Source: Coniocarpon cinnabarinum
Lineage: Eukaryota
NCBI GenBank assembly: GCA_051942205.1
Contig: JAVECO010000002.1
Coordinates: 62,001 to 126,000 of the forward strand
Length of the DNA: 64,000 nt
Reading direction: 5' to 3'
Position numbers and translations under genes: made by a program. Shown piece after piece: positions 27,532 to 39,764 of the stretch. A model generated the notes under the pieces. It made no database searches. It had not been told where the DNA came from and was given only the letters and a program-made list of their open reading frames with translations. The first letter of the stretch is position 1; every line of letters starts with the position of its first letter.

Positions 27532-27867
27532 ATGAATACCGTATGACCAATCTGATCTTCCCAAACAGCTATCCCAATTTGCACTGACACCCTGCAGGTC
27601 GGCTCTGTCTACTACGGCTGGGCCTTCTTCATTCTTTGCGGCGCCGGATCCTACTATTACGCCAAGAAATCCATCAACGCCGACCGAGAGCAACGACAAC
27701 GCGAAGAAGTCGCACGAATGGCACGGCAAAGACGAGAATTGGAAAACTTTGAAAGAAGTCGCATCATGGAGACCGGGAAGGACGAGGGAGACAAGAGGGC
27801 GGAAGAGAAGAGCGAATACGAGGCGCGGGTGCCATATCGAAGTCGGAAAGGAGACCGATTTAGCTGA
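27532..27867 (+). CDS. Small conserved fungal single-TM protein (DUF4748-like), 92 aa, absent from the ORF track
   Basis: 9-nt exon ATGAATACC, then intron 27541-27597 (GTATGA...CTGAC...CAG), then VGSVYYGWAFFILCGAGSYYYAKKSINADR...YRSRKGDRFS*. Confidence 0.85.
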
Positions 27868-27891
27868 CGACTGGCCTGGTTTCGACTTGGA

Positions 27892-27909
27892 TTTTTTTTT
27901 TTTTTTTTT
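27892..27909. repeat. poly(T)18 tract
   Basis: Homopolymer just 3' of the small gene. Confidence 0.9.
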
Positions 27910-28351
27910 ATCATAGAGAGCCGCGATGACTGCGATCTCTCGACGCGGGACGTGGCGTGCAGACGTCCTGGTCCCGATCCTGCCGCAATGTCGAGTCACC
28001 ACCTACAAACGTCAAGACGCAAGCTGGAGGTAAAACTGTATCCAGTCTTCATGAGCGGATGGTGACAGCCCCCTTTCTTGCCGTACTCGCCCAGCCAATC
28101 TTGACCACAACGCCATCTGCCGATCCTTCTGGCGTCAAGCTCCCTCCCTTTCGTCACCTTTTGCAGGACCTCCAAGCCTTCCGGCGACGCCACGCACTAG
28201 GCATGTGCTCTCAATGAGCATTCTGGGAAGTCCAACTTGGCGGGCATGAGGACGTCCCGTCAGCCTCCGAGCAAACAACATCTTCTGGTTGTCCACTGGC
28301 GCCTGCAGAAGGCTGATCGAAACTAACGATCAAGCGCCCTTGAAGCGGAAA

Positions 28352-28375
28352 AAGAAGAAGAAGAAGAAGAAGAAG
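28352..28375. repeat. (AAG)8 microsatellite
   Basis: Read directly from the sequence. Confidence 0.9.
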
Positions 28376-29862
28376 GACGAGGAGAAGGAGACGATGGCAT
28401 CAAGAAACAGCCGTAGGCTGTAACAGAATGAGCTACAGCAACCCGCCAGGGCACCACTCAAGCCTCCATAGTCATTAGTTGAACCCTAGCTAAAGCCGAG
28501 ATGCACCTTGGATGCACTCACGAACCATCCCAAAGGCTGCGTCGCCGCGTGGCCATGTGCTAGCCCATCCACATCACCTCCAACATCTCCAACATCTACC
28601 ATTGACCTTGACGCCTGGTTCATCTGTAAGTCAGCCAATCCTTCTCGGTCAGCAAGCCAAATAGCATTCGAATGCCACTTCCATCTTCGTGTTCTGCATT
28701 GCATTCCGATCAAACCCATGCATCCCGCACAAAAGAAAAATGCATCTATTACCGCTGCGCTGCAACGCGAACGACTCTCTCTACCCGCGGAAGAAACCTC
28801 CCTCGAGGCGCACGCAGCCAACGCCAGCGCCAAACCCGACACTGCACGGAATCGCTCAATCCATCGTCGTTTCATGTCGACCATTCTTCGGCGCGTATAC
28901 ACCACGTAGCTAGATATTGTCCGCCCCTCACTTCCACCACTCCTTCCCTCCTCCCTCCCTTCGCATCGCCCCGTCCCATCCCACACATCCCCTTACCTAG
29001 GTACCAACCGTCTCTGACCTACCAAACACCCTCCTACCTACTTTTCCAGCGCTCGCGCACGCATGTAAAACCAAGTCCCAACCTGAGTCTTGCAGATTTC
29101 ACCAAAACAAGTGGCTCTCGTCTTTTCACACATCTGAGACCCGGAATCGTAAGGACACGGCATGAGGCGTGGGTGGCGTCGAGGCGGCTAGACGCGCTCC
29201 CTTGAAACGTGCACGGCGAGGCGAAGCACACGGCGGCTAGACTTCGTACATACAGAAAAACACATCCTTCTTTCTCATCGCCTTGTGCGACTTCCCATTC
29301 CCGACGTCAGCAGTTGACGCGACAAAGGTAAGAGATCTCGTCATGAGTCAAAGATGTAAGAAAAAGTCCCGCGCAGCAAGATCGAAGAGTCAAGATACTT
29401 CCAGTCATGATCGTATTCCAAGGGCGTTAAGCGCTTAGATACATATCCCTCTCCTCTCCCTCATCTTGCATACCATACCATCCATCCCGTCACTCCACCA
29501 CAGCACAACAGCACAGCGTCATCAAAACAGCCATCTCCAGAAAAATGCGCAAGAGAATCCAAGAGCCGGCGATTACGCTCATCGAAGCGCCATCACCGAG
29601 ATGGAAAGCCGTCATAGATACAGAGAAGTGTATGAAAAAATGGCGGATTAGAAAACAAGATCTGGGGCATCAAGCTCGCTGCGTAACCTGCGTTCCACGT
29701 GAGTGGGGCCTCCCGTCTGTTTCGTGCGCCCCGCCATGAAACGAAGAAAGAGAAGAAAGAGGGGGCAGAGCAGCTCGACTGCAGGCCAGCGACTCGTCGA
29801 CCAGCGCACACGCGCGCGTCTGCCGGGGGTATCTCAGAGCATGGGGGTGCCGGACGACGCGA

Positions 29863-30861
29863 TTAGGCGTGGCGCTGATGGCCGTGGTGCATGTGCATGT
29901 GACGCTTCGCAATCGTAGGCTCGGCATCGCGGGCGGTGACAATCTGAGTGACGACGTCGGTGTTCATGACGTACTTGGTGACCATATTGCCGCTGCCTTG
30001 ATCTTGAGCGGGAACCTCGGAGACCGGGCCGCCATGGGTATCAGCAGCGAGTGCGTGAGGGCCATCGTTGTCACCGTAGCTGCTACCCTGGTTGGAGCCG
30101 TAGTTGTTGTTGCTGCCACTGCCGCTGCCGCCGTAGCTTGAGGGTGCAGGGGTGATGGCGGGCTGAGTCGCGAACGTGGTGGACGGCTGAGAGGCGGAGT
30201 TGTAGGCTGGTGCTGAGTTCTGGTGCTGGGAAGTGGATGGGGCGCTGTAGCTGGGAGCTTGGTTCGATGACGAGGAGTCTGAAGAGGAGTCTGACGAGCC
30301 AGAGGAGTCCGATGATGAGCCGGAATCTTGATCGTTGTTGGTGCAGAGATGCATGTTGATGTCGTACTGAGAGTTGGCACCGAGCGTGCGGGTGTCGTAG
30401 GGCAGGTTGTATGCATCGTCGCATGGCTGTGTCTTACCCATGCCCTGGGGTTTACAGACTGCAGGTCGGCAATTGCTGGACTGGTGGTCACAGCTCGGGT
30501 CAGAGGAAGAGAGGTTCATGCCGTGCTGAAGGAAGGCAGTGTCGGAACCCATATCAATGTTCGACAGGTCGTAGAACAGGGTGCTGCCGGAGGATGGGTT
30601 GGACCACTCGAGTTGAGTGGGTGAGGTGGTCCATTCCTGACCGTTGTTTCGCGAGGGTGCGTAGAGCTTGAGGCACCAAGCCTCGCCGTTCGCAGGTCGG
30701 GAAAAGGTGTCACCAGGTTGCACGTATTCTGGCGGGTCGTCGGCACCCTCGTGCGAAGGAGTCGCCTTAACGTGGAACTTGCAGTTGTTGATGACGTTGA
30801 CGTTGGCGGCTCGCGCCACGACTGTGAGGAGCGCCGCGGCGCCGAAGAAATGGATGGACAT
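29863..30861 (-). CDS. Secreted Bys1/thaumatin-like protein with Ser/Gly-rich tail
   Basis: Signal peptide, NVNVINNCKF, PTQLEWS, LFYDLSNID, CDDAYNLPYD and INMHLC. Low-complexity tail ending KRHMHMHHGHQRHA. Confidence 0.85.
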   Translation of the reverse strand: MSIHFFGAAALLTVVARAANVNVINNCKFHVKATPSHEGADDPPEYVQPGDTFSRPANGEAWCLKLYAPSRNNGQEWTTSPTQLEWSNPSSGSTLFYDLSNIDMGSDTAFLQHGMNLSSSDPSCDHQSSNCRPAVCKPQGMGKTQPCDDAYNLPYDTRTLGANSQYDINMHLCTNNDQDSGSSSDSSGSSDSSSDSSSSNQAPSYSAPSTSQHQNSAPAYNSASQPSTTFATQPAITPAPSSYGGSGSGSNNNYGSNQGSSYGDNDGPHALAADTHGGPVSEVPAQDQGSGNMVTKYVMNTDVVTQIVTARDAEPTIAKRHMHMHHGHQRHA

Positions 30862-31363
30862 TTTTGGGATGGGGTGAGTCTGTGGGTGATGCGCGAAAGA
30901 TGCTGGTCTTCTGAATTGTGTCGCGACGAACGAGTTCGCAGGGTGCGCGTAATGCTGTCAGTTGGTGACAGGTTGCGACGAGTTGCTTTGGTCTAAGCGA
31001 TGGTGTGGTGTCTCTCGTGTTCTGGTTCAGGGGCGAACAAAGGCTATCAAAAGTCGATGTGACAAAGAAGTTGTTGGATCAAGCTGGTGAAGGGTAATTG
31101 TTGTAAAAAAGAGCGTCAGAGGAACCTGCAATGAGCACCTCTAGCAAAAGGAGTGGATGCTAGACGGGTTGAGAGCAAGACCAGGCAAGTTGGATGGGGG
31201 AGCAAGGAGGGAGAGAAAAGACGAGAGAGAAGAGAAGGAGGGTGAGAAGTAATAGGGCACCAGGGGGCAGGTTGCAGTGTGTGCGCGAGAGACGGTCAGG
31301 GGTAAAGCGACAGCCCAGGACTGGGTCGAGGACGAGACGGCGGGCGCTTTTATCAGTGGTGAG

Positions 31364-31394
31364 GCGGTGACTGGGCGGTGACTAGCGGTGACTA
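31364..31394. repeat. GCGGTGACTR x3 tandem repeat upstream of the Bys1-like gene
   Basis: gcggtgactgg gcggtgacta gcggtgacta. Confidence 0.7.
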
Positions 31395-32721
31395 GCGAGA
31401 GAGTGGGAAGGCGTCCTGCCCGAAAAAGTCTGTTCCTGCGTCTTTCTGCGTCTTCCCTGTGCGGTGCCTGGGATTGCCTGCCCATCCCTGGCCGACACCG
31501 CCTTCTGACTGGCGGGCCAAGACTCTCGCCCGGGGCTGACCGCGACTCGCGCCTCCATTGGAACCAGGCACCTCGCCCCTCTGATTCGCCCGTCGATTGC
31601 ACAACCCTGGACTCGCAATCAATCCACTCCCGAGCCCTACGGAGTCCCACGCCCACCCGACGACGCGCTCCAGCGTCAGGTTTGCTGCTTCAGGTTTGCT
31701 GCTCCACGCTCGACGCACACAATTCTGATGACTGCATCAGTGGTGTACTGCTGACCCACACAAGTCACAACCATCGCGACTGCATCACCTCCGCTTCTGA
31801 TCGCGACGGAAAAGAGGCACACACCCCTCTGCCCCAACATCTCCGGTCCCACAGTGGATGCGTTTGCACACCACGCCGCCAAGCTGGCCCGATGCTGATG
31901 CACTCACAACGTCGGCCTCGCTGGCGATCGCGATGTGCTTATTAAAAACAACAGTTGCACGCGACGGTGCTGTAGCCATTTGCTGGCCCAGTGCCTGCCT
32001 GTCGCTTGTGCTCTCAGTTCGCCCGTCACACGCCCACACGCGACCGCGTCGTCCTCATCTTCCACCCCGTTATTGCCAAGCGCACAACAGCCAATCTGGC
32101 AGCGGGTAATTGCCCAAGACGGCAGCGCAGTGAGCATACAATTTTAGGAAAATTAACGTCGTGGTTGGCGTCGCATTGGCCCGCGCAGGACCAGATCCTC
32201 TCGTGCCTCTGCGGTTAATCATCGCTGCGGCTCGCCGGCCCCGACTTGCGGGCTCGCGGGCCAATCCCCACACAAAACGCCAGCTCGGCACCTGTTCCCT
32301 GCCTGGCCCTGCACACCACGCGCCCCATTCTAACTCTTCTTCTCTGGAGTTGCAGACTTCTCGTCTCGTCGCACAATCCCTGTTGAGACGATCGCATCGT
32401 CCTCGCTTATCTGCACGATGCGAAGCTCGAGGTGGCTCGCGTGCACGGCGTGCGCAAGCCATATTGATCTGCTTGATTATGCGACAGCGTGCAAGGACGG
32501 TCTGCGCCTCACAAGCGCACGTGACTGGGCATCTGCAGTCATGGCGTGCGCAACACCGCGCTCGGCGAAGGACGTCGGGCCTGCTGAGACTGCGCAATGA
32601 CCTCATGCGTGTTGCTGCAGCCGGCGTCTCAGCCAAGTTCCGAGGCGCAAAACCTGGACGCGAATCGCAGTCTCAGAGTGGGCAGGTGGGCTGTCGCAGC
32701 TTCGAAATTTTTTTTTCCATT

Positions 32722-33899
32722 TCAGCCCCACACTGCGATCGTGCCTGGCAGGTCATCAGCATCCAACCGGGGAATGCGCCGCACTTGCGCAGGTACTTTG
32801 CAAACAAGCAAACAAGCTTACCATCGCCCCCGGCACTTGCCCATTCGCTGCCCCTCCACTTGCACGCCACTGTACTGACGACTCGCCTGCTCTGACGGCT
32901 GACGGAACTTTCCTCGCCGTGATGCTGGATCCGGTGCGTGCATTCACCGCTTAGCACGTTCCACGCGTAGACGTGCCCGTCCTCCGAGCCGCTGATGGCC
33001 ACCGCATCCTTGAGTGCCAGCGCCGAGCCTATCCGATAAGCCTTCACCTCAAATGCAGGGTCCTGATACGCCTTCAACAGCTTGCCGTCGGCCATATCGA
33101 GCAATCGGACTGTTGAGTCCAAGGTCGACACCAGCACCGAGTCCGCCTTGAGAGTCGGTGTAATCGATGTGATGGAAGCTGCATGTCGATTAGACTTTTT
33201 CTCGTAGACAGATGTTTTGACAGCGACTGCCTACCTCCTAACACGTCAGTATGCAGCATGCCCATACGCAAGTCATACCGGCGCATCCTGCCATCGATCG
33301 AGCCCGTGAAAATTTCGTGATCGTGGACGGCCAAGCTGGATACGCTGTCTTTTGCCTCGTCCAGCATCATGATAGGCTTAGCGCCCTGTGATTTTGTATC
33401 CCAGAATCTCACGGTACTGTCATAGCTGCCACTGATGACGACGCTGTCGCCTTCGCCACCGAATGCTGTGCACTCTACCTTCCCAGTGTGACTGCCCGTT
33501 CCACCGAAGCGTCGAAGAGTCTGCGCAGTGGATACGTCCCACAAGAACACAGTCTTATCCCCACCGGCAGACACGAAGCGAGAGTTGTCCGAGGCCACCG
33601 ATATGGAAAGTACTTCGTAGCCGTGAACGCCGGAGTACGTCTGAATCAACGCTGCTGCAGTAGCTTTGTCAGACTGCTTCCCAAATGCTTTGGAAGGGTT
33701 GTAGAGATTGATCGTTCTGTCTGCCGAACCGCTCAACAGATATTGGCCAGATCCAGAGCTAAAGGTTAGGGCATGTACAGGACCTTTTGCCATCCTTCAG
33801 AATCTGCATTACGCGTCGACGCTCTGCTGTCTCCATTGTAGACTTACCAGTATGACCACCAAGTCGAGCGACTGGCGTGTCGGGTAGACTTGGCGCCAT
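32722..33899 (-). CDS. WDR83: WD40 protein, WDR83/MORG1 homologue, 4 exons
   Basis: LGGHTGPVHALTFSSGSGQYLLSGSADRTINLYNP, HGYEVLSISVASDNSRFVSAGGDKTVFLWDV, EAKDSVSS, GSIDGRMRRYDLRMG and LVSTLDSTVRLLD. Last exon TIAVWG*. Confidence 0.88.
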
Positions 33900-35083
33900 C
33901 ACCCAGCTTTCATTGGAGCTTCAAAAGAGACAAGCTCTTCAGCTTTTTAGACATCTTACCGCCCTGAGCAGCCGTAGCTGTGAGATGAAAATGCGGCGAG
34001 TAGTTGCAAGAGCTACAACCGATATTTTGCTTCGCAGCCCAAGTGCATCCTCTGAAGAAGAGAGATGCGGAGGATAGAACCTAAGTTGAGGAGTTCGGTC
34101 CTAGCAGACTCAGGGGAAACAAAGTGGCTGTGTGCCTCAATTACTCTGACTACTTCACCCAAGCCCATCGGGCAGGGTCATTGTTTCCAACATCAAAATA
34201 CAGCAAGCTGCCACAACGAAATAATAACATATGATAGGTACCATATCCTTTGATAAGATGGCCATGAACAATCGATGCGTTCAAGGCATAGATAGACGCC
34301 GCCCTCTTGCAGCTCGCTTACTGCCTACGCTCGCAGGCCTCGCATCACTTCACATGACTTCCTCTTACTTCTCGTTTACTTGCTCTGTGCGTAATCGATA
34401 CCCATAAAGCCGGCATCTAGAGTCACGCCTCGCAGAAAGTCTTCCAATGTTTGCCGCAATACATAGATAGCATCGAGACATCAGGTCCCGTTTGTCGATA
34501 CAGATACAAGACTAATCAATACACACTCAAGCCCAATCGGATCACAATGTGAGAACTGATTGAATGACATTGTGCGTTGAAAGACAGGTGGAAGTATCCG
34601 GCGCTTCATGTGGGGTGTCGTGAACGATGAGGTCGCCATGGAATACCACGTCTGAAGCCCGCTCGTGGTGTCCAGCTTTTCAACGGGCGTCTTTATTCAC
34701 TCATAGAGTAAAACAGGGGGAAAGAACACCGGTTGTTGACAAGTTTACCGCTAAAGCAACGCGCGTTTTGAAGCTGCGAGCGGGCAGTGCTTCACGACTC
34801 ACTTTGGCGCAACAACCTGAAGCTTTTCTGATCTTGCCAAACCATGACGCGTTCAATGAAATTTGTGTCGCTGTCTTACGCAAATTCACGACAAAGCCCG
34901 TCAACAAACTCATATTACTACACTTAATCATGAAAAATTCGACCAAGAGAGATACTGGGTAGGTCAGATCTCCCGCAGAATCAACAGCAACTATTGCGCA
35001 ATGACGCCACGCAGCATATTCCTCCGCGACAGCTTTTCCCGCAATCAGCGCCACAATCGGCTCCTCATGCCATCCCATTCTCA

Positions 35084-36382
35084 TTAACGGCGTCCAGAAC
35101 GAGCGCCACTCTCAAGGGTTGCCACTTCCTTCTCCAACTCTTTGATGAGCGAGTGGCTCGATTCCAAGTCCTTGTTGAGACGATCACGCTCAGAGATGAG
35201 CTTTTGCTCCCAAGCTCGGAAGCGCTGCTCTTCGACCTTGACTTGTTCGGTGAATCGCTTTCTGAGAGCGTCCTCCTCTTCCTTGAACTTGGGGTTGTCA
35301 AGTTTGCGTGGTCGGGCTTCACCAAACTTTCTCGTCTCCATTTGCTGTGCTCGATAGGCTTCGTAATGGATCTCCTCAGTAGTATGAATCAGGTCAAGCA
35401 TGTGGGTTCGAATAAGGATGGAACGGAGCTTCTTGAAGTCACAGTGATCCTCGTTCTCGACCTCTGCAACCCCCCAGGCGTATTGGCGGCCCTTGACAGT
35501 GCGGCCGTCGTTGGTCTGGACATCCTTCTCAGAGCCGATCACAGAGAATGGCATGGCTGCGATAAGGCTGCGAGCATGCTGTAGACCTGGCTCATCGTCC
35601 TCTTCAAGTGGCGGTGTGTAGATCTTGATGCCTTGGGCCTCGATGACTGACCGTATTCTATTCTTGAATTTGGCCAAGTCCACTGGGCTGAGCGTGTCTG
35701 CTTTAGCAATCACCGGAATCAGGTTGACGCGAGTGCAGAGTCTCTTCATGACCTCAATGTCAAGGGGTTTCAGGGTGTGCCCAGTCGGACGGATGAAGTA
35801 CAGGCAAGCGTGGACGCGAAGATCGATTTTTTCTGTGCGGCGCGGTTGCTGCTCCTGGAGCATGTAGGATTCGTGCTGATCGTCCAAGAACTCAATGATC
35901 GGCTGCCATGAGTCCCTGTTGTTCACGTAGTCACCAAAGCCAGGGGTGTCAATGACAGTCAGTCGGACTTTCAAAGCCGTCAGCGCTCGTGTCGGAAACA
36001 TTCGTGGACTTCATTCACCTTTGAAGAACTTCTCTTCGAGCTCTGCTTTAGTGATCTCGATTTCCACAGTCTTGTCTATCTGCTTGGTATGTCGCCTGCG
36101 GTGGTCGGCGTAATTCTTGATCGTGGTCGAGAAGAGGGTGTTGATGAAGGTCGTCTTGCCCAGTCCAGACTCGCCAGCGACCATGATGGTGAATGCGGCT
36201 CCTCGCTTTGCAACAATCTTGTGCCTGATTGAGACATCAGCATTTACGCGCTCTGTACCACAAATAGCACCTTGTATACCGTTGATTAGGCAGCTATAGC
36301 GATCGATGTTAGCGCGCGTGTCTGCGACAATAGATTTAGAGACGCTTACATTGGCAATGCCAATTGGTGAAGCCGACTCCAT
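35084..36382 (-). CDS. CDC12: Septin Cdc12/AspC, 4 exons including a 14-nt micro-exon
   Basis: PIGIAN|LPNQR|HKIVAKRGAAFTIMVAGESGLGKTTFINTLF, DTPGFGD, IAKADT, GRQYAWG and a C-terminal coiled coil. Confidence 0.95.
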
Positions 36383-36824
36383 GGTTGATGGTGTTCGAGA
36401 CAGGCTGACTGTGCAGACCGAGGGATTGAACAATCTGCAGTTACCGCAGGCTCAGAAACTAGAGTCTGATACGTCTGATACGAGCGCAAATCAGAAGCAC
36501 TAGAAGAGCGCGTGAAAGAGATTCACCACTGGCACGAAGGTGCGCACCAGATGAAGCTCAAGGGGTTCTGGGGAAAGCCAATTTCGAAACATGTTCTAGG
36601 AACGGCTTAGTGTGGCTGCCTCCAATTTCAGGCCTTGTAGTCGCAATGTGGAGCATCGGACCTTCAATCAGCATGATCGAATCTGAGTAGCCCAAAGCTC
36701 ACGAAAGACAAATACCAGATCAGCTAAGACAGTCATGCTGGATTGGCCAAGCAATACCTTGGATGTTCCAGCGGAGCTTCAGAACCTTGGAAGATAAAAA
36801 TTTCGAGATTGCTTCTCGCAGAAC

Positions 36825-39590
36825 ATGAAGACGGAATTCTCCTTTCAGAACCTGCTAGGCAGCGTGTATCGAAAGGGTAATATCCTGTTCACGCCAGATG
36901 GAACTTGCCTACTCTCGCCAGTGGGCAACCGAGTCACCGTGTTCGATCTAACGAAAAATGTATCCTATACCTTGCCACTTGCTCATCGGCGGAACATATC
37001 ACGGCTAGCGCTTAATCCGCAGGGCAATCTTTTCTTGACCGTCGATCAAAGCGGTCGCGCAATATTGTCTCATTTCACTCGACGGATTGTCCTCCATCAC
37101 TTGACGTTCAAGCATAAGGTTAGCGCGATATCTTTCTCTCCATCAGGTCGGCATTTTGCTGTAGGCGTAGGCCGCTTCGTTGAGGTCTGGCATACACCAG
37201 GAACGCCGGATGTCAATGCAGATGGTGTCTTGGAATTCGCTCCATTCGTGAGACATCATAGGCATGCAGGCCACTCCGACACTGTTCAAAGCATAGAGTG
37301 GTCAAGTGACTCTCGTTTCTTTTTGACAGCCTCAAAGGATCTAACAGCCCGCATCTGGAGCCTCGACCCTGTTGAGGGCTTTCAACCAACAGTTCTTGCT
37401 GGTCACAGACAAGCGGTCCGTGCAGCTTGGTTCTCGAAAGACCAGGAGATCATTTATACCATCAGCAAAGACGGCGCTCTTTTTGAGTGGAAGTACACTG
37501 GTAAACCTTTGGAGGAGGATGTCGACCGCATCGTAGAAGACGAGACTGATCAACGGTGGCGAGTTGTAGAGCGACATTATTTCATGCAAAACGATTCTGG
37601 CCTCACTTGTGCGACCTACCACGCGCCTTCAGGACTGTTGGTGTCTGGCTTCTCTACTGGCGTATTCACGATCCATGAACTTCCGTCTTTCTCTCTCATC
37701 CATACGTTATCGATTTCACAGTCTCATATCTCCCATGTAACAATCAACAAGACTGGCGAATGGTTAGCGTTTGGATCTTCGGCTCATGGTCAGCTCTTGG
37801 TATGGGAGTGGCAGTCAGAGTCGTACATCTTGAAGCAACAAGGACACTTTGACTCAACAAATGCTATTGCGTACTCCCCTGATGGCTCACGTATCGTCAC
37901 CGCGTCTGATGATGGCAAGCTGAAGTTGTGGGACGTTGCGTCAGGCTTCTGCATTGTCACTTTCACTGAGCACACCGGAAGTATTACTGCATGTGAATTT
38001 GCGAAGCGAGGCAACGTCTTGTTTACAGCATCACTCGATGGCTCAGTCCGGGCCTGGGATCTCATTCGATACAGGAATTTCAGGACTTTCACAGGTAAGA
38101 CACGGCTGTCCTTCTCCAGCTTGGCCGTTGACCCCTCCGGCGAGGTTTTTTGCGCAGGCTCGACCGATTCATTTGATATCATCGTATGGTCGGTGCAGAC
38201 TGGTCAGCTGTTAGACGAGCTGGCTGGTCACGAAGGTCCTGTAGCTTCACTCGCCTTTGCGCCAAACGGATCGGCTCTTGCATCAGCTTCTTGGGACCAT
38301 ACTGTCCGTCTTTGGGACATCTTCGCTCGTACACAGACATCTGAGCCTTTGCAGCTTCAGGCGGACGTCCTTGCTGTCCAGTTCAGGCCAGACTCGCAGG
38401 AGCTCGCAGTTGCAGCTCTCGATGGCTCACTGACATTCTGGAATGTGGCAAATGCTACACAAGCCGGTACCTTGGACGCTCGTCGGGACGTTTCGGGAGG
38501 TCGAAAGATTAGCGATCGCAGGACGGCAGCAAGCTCCGCTGGGACCAAACATTTCACAACGGTGGCTTATAGTCCCGATGGGAGCGTGGTCCTAGCTGCG
38601 GGTAATTCCAAACATATTTGCATGTATGCACCTGCATCAGGCGTGTTGTTGAAGAAATACATTGTTAGCGTGAACATAGATGTTGACGGAACGCAAGACT
38701 ACCTGAACAGTCGGAATTTGACTGAGGCTGGGCCTGCTGGACTGATTTCTGACACCGATGCAGAAGCTTCCGACCGTGACGCTGCTGCCATGAGGCGTAG
38801 AGAGAAGGATCGCCTGCCCGGATCAATGCGAGGCATAGGCGGCGATCGAACAACAAGACCCTCGGTGCGTGTGCCATCGTTGGCATTCGCTCCAACAGGC
38901 AGAAGCTTCTGCGCAGCCTCGACTGAGGGGTTGCTTGTATACAGCGTGGACTCGAGCATTGCTTTCGATCCTATCGACTTGGATATAGACGTGACGCCGG
39001 AGGCGGTACTGACTTTGCTGAAAATGGGACCACAAAAAGACGTACTCACCGCACTTCTCATGGCTTTTCGTCTAAACAACCCAAAGCTTGTTGCACATGT
39101 CTACACGTCTACGAGCCTTGACGAGATCACGTTCGTAGCTCGATCTTTGCCCAAGGCTTATCTCCCTGCACTACTCCGGCAGACTGCCGTTTCACTTGAT
39201 TCTACCCCTCATCTTGAATTTAATCTGAAGTGGATCGAGGCGCTGATGCGATTACGTGGTCGCGAGATCAAAGAAGAAAGCGGCGCATGGGCGTCTGAGC
39301 TACGACTCTTGCAGAGAGCCGTACGTAGAGTTCAAGCGGAGCTTAGTAGGCTGGCTGATGAGAACGGACACACTTTGGATTTCTTGCTCAACAACACTAG
39401 CCGCAGCAGCGCAGACGACCAGCTGACTATACAGCAGGTCATGGACGACAGGCCGAAACTACTTGAGGATAATGATAGAAACGCCGAGACAATCGATGAT
39501 CTTCTTGCACCTCAGCACAACGATCGAAATGTTGAGCGCGAAGTTGTGGCGCAAGGCGACGATGACGGTTGGTTAGGTTTGGAGGATTGA
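36825..39590 (+). CDS. PWP2: Periodic tryptophan protein 2 (Utp1), SSU processome
   Basis: N-terminus MKTEFSFQNLLGSVYRKGN, GQLLVWEWQSESYILKQQGH, DGSVRAWDLIRYRNFRTF and FDPIDLDIDVTP. Intronless, 921 aa. Confidence 0.97.
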   Translation: MKTEFSFQNLLGSVYRKGNILFTPDGTCLLSPVGNRVTVFDLTKNVSYTLPLAHRRNISRLALNPQGNLFLTVDQSGRAILSHFTRRIVLHHLTFKHKVSAISFSPSGRHFAVGVGRFVEVWHTPGTPDVNADGVLEFAPFVRHHRHAGHSDTVQSIEWSSDSRFFLTASKDLTARIWSLDPVEGFQPTVLAGHRQAVRAAWFSKDQEIIYTISKDGALFEWKYTGKPLEEDVDRIVEDETDQRWRVVERHYFMQNDSGLTCATYHAPSGLLVSGFSTGVFTIHELPSFSLIHTLSISQSHISHVTINKTGEWLAFGSSAHGQLLVWEWQSESYILKQQGHFDSTNAIAYSPDGSRIVTASDDGKLKLWDVASGFCIVTFTEHTGSITACEFAKRGNVLFTASLDGSVRAWDLIRYRNFRTFTGKTRLSFSSLAVDPSGEVFCAGSTDSFDIIVWSVQTGQLLDELAGHEGPVASLAFAPNGSALASASWDHTVRLWDIFARTQTSEPLQLQADVLAVQFRPDSQELAVAALDGSLTFWNVANATQAGTLDARRDVSGGRKISDRRTAASSAGTKHFTTVAYSPDGSVVLAAGNSKHICMYAPASGVLLKKYIVSVNIDVDGTQDYLNSRNLTEAGPAGLISDTDAEASDRDAAAMRRREKDRLPGSMRGIGGDRTTRPSVRVPSLAFAPTGRSFCAASTEGLLVYSVDSSIAFDPIDLDIDVTPEAVLTLLKMGPQKDVLTALLMAFRLNNPKLVAHVYTSTSLDEITFVARSLPKAYLPALLRQTAVSLDSTPHLEFNLKWIEALMRLRGREIKEESGAWASELRLLQRAVRRVQAELSRLADENGHTLDFLLNNTSRSSADDQLTIQQVMDDRPKLLEDNDRNAETIDDLLAPQHNDRNVEREVVAQGDDDGWLGLED

Positions 39591-39764
39591 AGCGGCGAAT
39601 TGTCCTACTCATGGAGACCTTCCGGATAGTGTGAATGTAGACTTTGACTTGTCCACTCAGTCCAGGTGTCGTGAGTGAATGCACAATCAAACACTCAAAC
39701 AATTGCACCTGAGCATCGAATGTCATGGGACCTCGGATCGTTTCTCACCATACTCAAGAAATCA

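Noticed and set aside
27957..28909. Possible decayed gene (LPPFRHLL motif; FECHFHLRVLH resembling a C2H2 end)
   Set aside because: Motifs are too short, and no consistent frame or splice model could be built.
30900..32700. Many overlapping ORFs up to 244 aa (similarly 4100-5900 and 16500-17800)
   Set aside because: GC-rich promoter/UTR sequence yields spurious Arg/Ala/Ser-rich ORFs with no recognisable domains.
36792..36804. RRPE-like AAAAATTT upstream of PWP2
   Set aside because: Plausible for a ribosome-biogenesis gene, but it is a single imperfect short match.
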